The notes beneath the pieces were generated by a model. That model saw only the letters and a program-made list of their open reading frames with translations, made no database searches and was not told the origin of the DNA. Both the position numbers and the translations under genes were made by a program. Below, one piece after another: positions 57,970 through 64,000 of a stretch of DNA of 64,000 bases. Positions within the stretch are counted from its first letter, which is position 1. Every line of letters starts with the position of its first letter. The stretch comes from a virus (taxonomy: Duplodnaviria; Caudoviricetes), in the IMG/VR virus record IMGVR_UViG_3300032216_001981, positions 18,704-82,703 of that record, one strand, 5' to 3'.

Positions 57970-58577
57970 ATAAATTACAACGAAGAATATTAGAAATAAC
58001 TTACCAAGAGCGACAAAGCCATTTGAGCAGTTGTTTAAGTGCCGCCCCAATCTTGGAAGAAATATACGCCACTAGACAAGAGGATGAAGTAGTGATTCTC
58101 AGCAATGGTCACGCAGGACTTGCCCTGTATTGCGTACTTGAAGAACGATACGGAGTTGATCCAGTTGCCATGTTACATAAACACGGCATACACCCCAGTA
58201 GAGATTTAGACAATCACTTGTATTGCTCCACTGGTAGCTTGGGATCAGGTTTGCCTATTGCCATTGGACATGCCTTGGCCACTCCAGAAAAACAGGTCTG
58301 GTGTATGATCAGCGACGGAGAAACTGCAGAAGGTAGCATTTGGGAAAGTTTAAGATTTATTGCTGACCATCCTGTGGACAATTTACAAGTATATGCCAAC
58401 ATCAATGGCATGGGTGCATATGACATGATTGACGTGGATCCATTGGTTGCACGTTTACAAGCATTCCTACCAAGAATCAATATCAGACTCAGTGAACCAA
58501 CTGACTTTGGATTTATTCAAGGTTTAAAAACGCATTACCACGTACTCAATGAACAAGAATATCGGAGTCTATTATGA
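57966..58577 (+). CDS. Transketolase-like N-terminal subunit A2
   Basis: SHLSS, SNGHAGL, STGSLGSG, SDGETAEG...ANIN. Confidence 0.9.
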   Translation: MNKLQRRILEITYQERQSHLSSCLSAAPILEEIYATRQEDEVVILSNGHAGLALYCVLEERYGVDPVAMLHKHGIHPSRDLDNHLYCSTGSLGSGLPIAIGHALATPEKQVWCMISDGETAEGSIWESLRFIADHPVDNLQVYANINGMGAYDMIDVDPLVARLQAFLPRINIRLSEPTDFGFIQGLKTHYHVLNEQEYRSLL

Positions 58578-59056
58578 GATTTACATTTGCAAAATTGTTG
58601 TTAGAAGAAATGAACAGTAACTCTCAAGTTAGACTGATCACAGCCGATCTAGGCTACGGCATACTGGACACGGTTCGCAACACACACCCTACACGCAGTT
58701 ACAACGTAGGTGCGGCCGAGCAACTCATGCTGGGAGCTGCCATTGGCATGGCTCAAGAAGGGTTGATTCCAGTATGCTACTCCATGAGTAGTTTTGTATT
58801 GTATCGTCCATTTGAATTTATTCGTAACTACATGAACTACGAAGGCACAGCAGTTAAACTGGTAGGCTCGGGTAGAGATCAAGATTACGAACACGATGGT
58901 ATCAGCCATTGGGCACACGACGATGCTGCTGTGTTGGCCTCTGTACCCCGTGTACGAATGTACAAGCCCGAGACTCGAGAAGAACTTGTTGACATATGGC
59001 CCGAGTTCATCAGCAATGCCGAACCCTGTTACTTGAATCTCAAACGTAAAAGTTAA
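58574..59056 (+). CDS. Transketolase-like pyrimidine-binding subunit B2
   Basis: ITADLGY, NVGAAEQ, RPFEFIR, GISHWA. Confidence 0.9.
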   Translation: MRFTFAKLLLEEMNSNSQVRLITADLGYGILDTVRNTHPTRSYNVGAAEQLMLGAAIGMAQEGLIPVCYSMSSFVLYRPFEFIRNYMNYEGTAVKLVGSGRDQDYEHDGISHWAHDDAAVLASVPRVRMYKPETREELVDIWPEFISNAEPCYLNLKRKS

Positions 59057-59082
59057 TAAATCTACCGGGTCTCGACTACCCA

Positions 59083-59089
59083 ATAAATA
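59083..59089 (+). promoter_or_regulatory. Late-type ATAAATA box 11 nt upstream of the cupin ATG
   Basis: ATAAATA in a 44-nt gap; no SD. Confidence 0.5.
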
Positions 59090-59100
59090 CTACATCAAAT

Positions 59101-59577
59101 ATGGAAAATCGAGTCTGTCATCAAGACCTTGAACAGGTCAAAGTGGTAAGCAAGCCGTGGGGCCAAGAAAAATGGTTACAACCTACTGGTGGCAATCACA
59201 CCTACGCTCTCAAAGAAATCATTCTCAATCCTGGCTATAAAACCAGCCTACAGGTACATCAATTCAAAGCAGAAACCAACTATATACTAGAAGGGTCGGG
59301 TGAAATGATGTACTATCGTCATGCATTTGATTGCAAACGCTATATTGCCGGTGCTTACACTGCTGAAGAAATTGCCGACATTGTCAATAACTTAACTGTG
59401 ATAACCTACGGTCCTGGCAGTGTGATGACTATAGAACCTGGTACCATACACAGAATGAAGGCAACGACACAGTTACGCTTCGTTGAAGCCAGCACCACAG
59501 AACTGGATGATGTAATCAGACTGCATGACGATGCCAATAGAACACACGGCCGTATAGAACAAGAACATAATAAATGA
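59101..59577 (+). CDS. Cupin (mannose-6-phosphate isomerase type II C-terminal-like)
   Basis: KPWGQE, TSLQVHQFKAET, PGTIHRM, EAST..LDDVIRL.D. Confidence 0.8.
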   Translation: MENRVCHQDLEQVKVVSKPWGQEKWLQPTGGNHTYALKEIILNPGYKTSLQVHQFKAETNYILEGSGEMMYYRHAFDCKRYIAGAYTAEEIADIVNNLTVITYGPGSVMTIEPGTIHRMKATTQLRFVEASTTELDDVIRLHDDANRTHGRIEQEHNK

Positions 59578-61112
59578 AACCATTAACAGTATTAATATTG
59601 GCCGCTGGATATGGCCGACGCATGGGCCCTTTTAGTCGCATCATAAACAAAAGCCTAGTTCCTTACAACAATAGACCTTTGATCAGTCATATATTTGATC
59701 AATTTGACAGCTCCACTACACAATTTGTTGTGGCATGTGGACACATGGGCTCACAGGTCAAGGACTATGTTGGTGCGGTACACACAGATAAATGTGTGGT
59801 GTTTGTGGATATAGCAGACTATGCCGAAGATCACACTGGTCCAGCCACCACCATACAACACTGTCAAGAATATTTAACCGGTGCATTCATGTGGGTCAGT
59901 TGTGACACTGTATTTGAATTTGATTATCAAGACAAGTTAGATCACAATTGGATTGCAGTACATCCAGTGGACAGTACAGTGAGCCAAGACTACTGTTGGG
60001 TAACAAGAAACGGCGAGGCCATTGTGGATGTAAAAAACAAACAGGTGAGTGGCCATGCTGTTGATGCATTCATTGGTTTAATGTACTGCAAAGATAAAGA
60101 ATATCTTAATAACTTGATTGCTGTGAAAGCCCGTGCACCACACGAAGGATTTGGGGGATTAGATCTACAGGCACACACAGTTGCACACTGGTTAGACTTT
60201 GGTACATTTGAAAAATGGCAAGAGCTAACTGTTGATAATCCCGAAACTGGATTTGCCAAAACTGATGAATTATTTTATGTAGACAACCATCAGGTTATTA
60301 AATTCAATGCTGATGCAGAGTTGGCCGAAAGAAAATTAACCAGAGCAGAACTCAATGCCGGCTGTATGCCTGCAAATGTTCGTGCTGCAGGACAGTTTCT
60401 TGTGTACGATCGTGTGCCCGGCGGTACCATGTATGAATATGCTAGTCCCGATCTAATGGATCAATTATTGACTTGGTACCAGACTGCTGTTTGGAAGCCT
60501 CGTTGGTTTCCAAACATTGAACAATATTGTAAAACATTTTATCAACAAAAAACACAGGATAGACTACAACAGTTTAGAATAAAGTATCCCGAATGGGACG
60601 AACCCTCTGTGATAAATCAACGAACAGTTAAATCGGCTGATGAGTATGTTGCAACAATTGATTGGCATTACTTGTGCAACACAGTGGAGTGGAGATTCGT
60701 CCATGGTGATGCTCATTGGGACAATGTAATTTACAATCCTGCAGACAGTTCATTTACTGCAATTGATTGGCGCACTGACTTTGCTGGCAGTAACTATGGC
60801 GATGTGTATTATGACCTAGCCAAAATGAGCTGTGGTATATCATGTGATTTCCAAAAATTAAAAAATAACGCTGTTGGTTATGTAGAATCTGCAGACGGTG
60901 TTGCCTTAGACATACCGGCTGTAGATCAGTGCAGTTTATATCAAGAAAAACTGCGAAATTGTACAGAAAAGATGGGATTAGACTGGCGTAAGGTGCAATT
61001 ATTAGTGCCGTTAATTTACTTGAACATCAGTGCCCTGCATGGTGAACCCTATGATAAGTTTTTATTCAATTTGGCTAGATTAAAATTTGCGGAGTACTTG
61101 GATGGAATTTAA
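59574..61112 (+). CDS. Sugar-phosphate nucleotidyltransferase fused to an APH/choline-kinase-like domain
   Basis: LAAGYGRRM...NKSLVP; C-terminal HGDAHWDN, IDWR, YDLAK. Confidence 0.82.
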   Translation: MKPLTVLILAAGYGRRMGPFSRIINKSLVPYNNRPLISHIFDQFDSSTTQFVVACGHMGSQVKDYVGAVHTDKCVVFVDIADYAEDHTGPATTIQHCQEYLTGAFMWVSCDTVFEFDYQDKLDHNWIAVHPVDSTVSQDYCWVTRNGEAIVDVKNKQVSGHAVDAFIGLMYCKDKEYLNNLIAVKARAPHEGFGGLDLQAHTVAHWLDFGTFEKWQELTVDNPETGFAKTDELFYVDNHQVIKFNADAELAERKLTRAELNAGCMPANVRAAGQFLVYDRVPGGTMYEYASPDLMDQLLTWYQTAVWKPRWFPNIEQYCKTFYQQKTQDRLQQFRIKYPEWDEPSVINQRTVKSADEYVATIDWHYLCNTVEWRFVHGDAHWDNVIYNPADSSFTAIDWRTDFAGSNYGDVYYDLAKMSCGISCDFQKLKNNAVGYVESADGVALDIPAVDQCSLYQEKLRNCTEKMGLDWRKVQLLVPLIYLNISALHGEPYDKFLFNLARLKFAEYLDGI

Positions 61113-62079
61113 ATTAGGTTTTGGGCCAATGAGTGAAGTAATTGTTGATACCTTGGCACAACATGCCAGAGATCACCAACAACCCACCATGATCATTGCC
61201 AGTCGTAACCAAGTGGATGCGGACTCGGGTTATGTAATGACCACACAGCAGTTGGTCAATCAGTTACAGCCTGTCACCAGTGAATATTTAAAAATATGTA
61301 GAGACCACTGTGGTCCATACTTTTTAGACAGTGAACGCAACTTGGGCATACGAGCAGCTGTGGCCGCAACCAAACGCACCATAGCACAAGATATCGAATC
61401 AGGATTTGATTTAATACACATTGACACCAGTAGATGTGATCAAGAATATCACATTGCCGACGAGTTAATAAATTTTTGTTTGAGATTAAATCCCAATATT
61501 GAATTTGAGTTTGGTACCGAAGAGAACATTGGAGTTGCTGCCAGCGCCGCCAAGTATCAAGTTGATGTACAGTTTGCTGCACAGTTTCCCAACATGCAAT
61601 ATGTAGTGGCACAAACCGGTAGCTTGACCATGGAAGATCGTCAGGTTGGCAGTTTTGATGTGGGCATGGCTCAAACCTTGGTCAACTATGCCGCAACTGC
61701 TGGTGTGAGACTTAAAGAACACAATGCCGATTACCTCACCGCAGAACAAATACAATTGAGACGAGCCGCAGGTGTTCATGCACTTAACATAGCACCACAG
61801 TTGGGTGTTGTGCAGACTAAAACTATTTTGTCATTGGCCGATGAATTTGGCGTAGATGCCACAGAATTTAAACAGGCTGTGTTGAGCAGTGGCCGTTGGA
61901 ATAAATGGTACATCAGTGGTGATGATGAATTAAAAGTTGCTGTGGCAGGACACTACTGCTACCATACTCAAGAATTTTTAGAATTAATCGAACAACTACA
62001 TTTAATGACAGACTGGGAAAGTAGTGTCAAGACTGCCATTGCCAACATACTAACTACATACTATGATAATATTCGTTAA
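61102..62079 (+). CDS. GatZ/KbaZ-like (class II aldolase-family) TIM-barrel protein
   Basis: IASRNQVD, CRDHCGP, GFDLIHIDTS, FEFGTEE, KEHNADY, NIAPQLG. Confidence 0.75.
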   Translation: MEFKLGFGPMSEVIVDTLAQHARDHQQPTMIIASRNQVDADSGYVMTTQQLVNQLQPVTSEYLKICRDHCGPYFLDSERNLGIRAAVAATKRTIAQDIESGFDLIHIDTSRCDQEYHIADELINFCLRLNPNIEFEFGTEENIGVAASAAKYQVDVQFAAQFPNMQYVVAQTGSLTMEDRQVGSFDVGMAQTLVNYAATAGVRLKEHNADYLTAEQIQLRRAAGVHALNIAPQLGVVQTKTILSLADEFGVDATEFKQAVLSSGRWNKWYISGDDELKVAVAGHYCYHTQEFLELIEQLHLMTDWESSVKTAIANILTTYYDNIR

Positions 62080-63157
62080 CTGCAAAATAACCGACGTTAA
62101 ACGTCCCGGGTCACCTAACTACGATAGATTTAATCTACCACCGGTGCCAAGATTTGACGTGGCAAGATATTGTTTTGCCAGCTTTGCTCCACTGGCACCC
62201 ATTGTTAGCAGATTTATCTTTTATCTTGAAATGGCAGATGGATATGCTGGACAAGAAGCAGAGATGGAAGCATGGTTACGCAGTACGTTACCCGAAGATA
62301 AACTGAGTTTATACTGGCACAGATGCAACAACATCAGTGCGTGGCGCCAGGCCGCAGAAGAAATCAATGCCATTGATGATGACATGGTATATCCTGTTGG
62401 CAACGATGATCATGCGTTTATCGACAGTGATATTGAATTATTCACACAAGGTATAGAGGCTGTCAAACGGGATCCAGATCCCTATGCAGTGCTGATGACT
62501 GGACACTATCCTGAGTTTATGCGTTACGCCAGCAGACTGGGTGGACATTTAGATAGCAGTGGCAACTTTGTAGTGTTTAATGATTTGAATTTTGATGCCA
62601 TGCGAGTGATGAAGAAGGACTATTTCAATTGGCATTTAACTGCCATCACAGATGACAGTATATTGTTGTTTAGAACCGAAGGTTGGTTTTGTTTGGGACA
62701 CACGTATCCAAGGAATACTATATACTTGGCCGGGCGGGAACAGTTTAGACACTTTGATGGATTTTTTCATGTGGGAGTTACGCCAGAAGTATTTCCAGCG
62801 TTGGAAATTCCTCCAAGATTTTTTCAACGTGAGATGCATGTTAGATTTGGATTTGATGATATAGATAGATCTGCAGTGAATGTCAATCCCTGCACAGAGA
62901 GATTTAAATCTGTAGACTGGGAATCTGGAGTTGAATTTAAATGTATGCTGGAAGATTTACCAGTGTTCTGGCAACCGTTTATAAAAGAAATCTCTGTCAA
63001 TCCCGAGGCAGATCGTGTTGCTATGATTGTAGCTAGAAATGAACAATACACAAAAATGATGAATTGTTCATTGGGGTCATATCAAGGTGACTTCAATGAA
63101 TCCAATCTCAGTCCCCAGTCCTGGATACAGAATCAAATGTTAAAAACAACTTTCTAA
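62063..63157 (+). CDS. Hypothetical protein, GT-A-like suspected
   Basis: GNDDHAFID; last gene of the glycan operon. Confidence 0.5.
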   Translation: MIIFVNCKITDVKRPGSPNYDRFNLPPVPRFDVARYCFASFAPLAPIVSRFIFYLEMADGYAGQEAEMEAWLRSTLPEDKLSLYWHRCNNISAWRQAAEEINAIDDDMVYPVGNDDHAFIDSDIELFTQGIEAVKRDPDPYAVLMTGHYPEFMRYASRLGGHLDSSGNFVVFNDLNFDAMRVMKKDYFNWHLTAITDDSILLFRTEGWFCLGHTYPRNTIYLAGREQFRHFDGFFHVGVTPEVFPALEIPPRFFQREMHVRFGFDDIDRSAVNVNPCTERFKSVDWESGVEFKCMLEDLPVFWQPFIKEISVNPEADRVAMIVARNEQYTKMMNCSLGSYQGDFNESNLSPQSWIQNQMLKTTF

Positions 63158-63628
63158 TAGAACCAGTGTGTCCAGTACATCACCTGTGTGATATATAGCT
63201 TGACCACCTGCACCACGCCATTCCTCAATGTTACTGGGTCTATCATCAATTAAAATGTCAAGGGGTTGGCAATGTTTCCATTTGTCATTGCTGTAGGGAC
63301 CAAACCACACAGGGATACCGGGAAAGTATTGATTGGCCCAGGCTATCTTATCCCAAAAGGCCCACGGGAAATCATTTTGATGAGGCACAGCAGTTAAGAA
63401 CTTTAAATCCCACTTGTGTTGTTGTGCCATTGCCTGTGCTGCACTTACTAATAATTCTGCATTGGCACACAGTGGCAACTCCTTAAATAATCTAGGATGA
63501 GCTAAAACTTTAGTCCAATCCTCTTGAGTGTAGGGCTCAAAGCCCAGCTGATGGCGTCCCAGTATTGGATCTACACAGGCATTCCAATCGGCTACTACGC
63601 CATCCATATCTAAGTAAATGGTATTCAT
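63140..63628 (-). CDS. HAD-family 5'(3')-deoxyribonucleotidase
   Basis: YLDMDGVVAD, FLTA, ILIDDRPSNIEEW. Confidence 0.88.
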   Translation of the reverse strand: MNTIYLDMDGVVADWNACVDPILGRHQLGFEPYTQEDWTKVLAHPRLFKELPLCANAELLVSAAQAMAQQHKWDLKFLTAVPHQNDFPWAFWDKIAWANQYFPGIPVWFGPYSNDKWKHCQPLDILIDDRPSNIEEWRGAGGQAIYHTGDVLDTLVLLESCF

Positions 63629-63639
63629 CCTACGATATA

Positions 63640-63804
63640 TTATTCTGTTGTTTCGTCGCGAGCCACACGTTCACCAAGATACTGTTTGACCACACGAACC
63701 AACTTACGTTCAGTGTCGTAGACAAATTCTTGTGTATCTTCTTCGGTATTGACTACCAAAATAAAACCATTTGCTGCTCTGCGGATTTCTAAACTTTCAA
63801 ACAT
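63640..63804 (-). CDS. Small hypothetical protein (not in ORF track)
   Basis: Manual translation MFESLEIRRAANGFILVVNTEEDTQEFVYDTERKLVRVVKQYLGERVARDETTE; SD AAAGGA. Confidence 0.7.
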   Translation of the reverse strand: MFESLEIRRAANGFILVVNTEEDTQEFVYDTERKLVRVVKQYLGERVARDETTE

Positions 63805-63833
63805 AGTGATTCCTTTAGTGTTGTGATACTACA

Positions 63834-63862
63834 ATTATAACACAAAAATCTTGTTGTGTCAT
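63834..63862 (-). promoter_or_regulatory. Sigma70-type promoter
   Basis: ATGACA-17 nt-TATAAT. Confidence 0.6.
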
Positions 63863-63865
63863 GAC

Positions 63866-64000
63866 TTATCTACCACGACCGGCAGATTTTTTAGCCGGTT
63901 TGTTAGCCTGTACCTGAGCGCCAAATCGAGCTTTTTGTACTGGTGCCGTTCGAACCCCGGGTATGCTTGGATTGGCGGCGGAGTTTTTGGCGGCCTGTGC
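63866..64000 (-). CDS. C-terminal fragment of a basic Ala/Lys-rich protein
   Basis: Open frame AQAAKNSAANPSIPGVRTAPVQKARFGAQVQANKPAKKSAGRGR then stop. Confidence 0.55.
   Translation of the reverse strand, partial: AQAAKNSAANPSIPGVRTAPVQKARFGAQVQANKPAKKSAGRGR

Noticed and set aside
54530-59056. Transketolase as a pentose-phosphate auxiliary metabolic gene
   Set aside because: The subunits are truncated, duplicated and embedded among NDP-sugar enzymes and glycosyltransferases, with no other pentose-phosphate genes nearby.
63935-63965. tRNA-like T-loop (GTTCGAAC) near a CCA
   Set aside because: No T-stem or acceptor-stem pairing on either strand, and it lies in an open reading frame. I found no tRNA in the window.

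Overview
This is a gene-dense 64 kb segment of a large lytic dsDNA bacteriophage, read in the standard genetic code and almost entirely on the minus strand. It carries T4-like late promoter boxes (TAAATA/TATAAATA), near-consensus sigma70 promoters and T4-superfamily-like replication genes. No capsid, portal or terminase gene is in the window. GroEL and IscA look betaproteobacterial, which is my inference for the host. Contents: Hsp20, ribosomal protein bS21, GroES/GroEL and IscA; class Ia NrdAB plus glutaredoxin; primase, helicase, a gp62-like clamp-loader subunit, a UvsW-like helicase, an exonuclease and a very small DnaE core; tail-fibre-like, PAAR-like and SleB genes; probable head-packaged proteins, including a GNAT-nucleotidyltransferase fusion followed by a second nucleotidyltransferase; and a ~14 kb glycan island with an RfbH/DdhC-type 3-dehydrase, two split-transketolase pairs and several glycosyltransferases. 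Strongest leads: (1) the putative virion-delivered acetyl/nucleotidyl-transferase module; (2) a possible branched or extended-sugar pathway; (3) at least nine apparently leaderless genes including bS21, plus hairpins with anti-SD-like loops; (4) a minimal C-family polymerase; (5) a ROSE-like thermometer on hsp20; (6) a repeated early-promoter cassette. All calls come from motif recognition by eye, with no database searches. I moved several starts relative to the ORF track using SD, overlap and promoter evidence.
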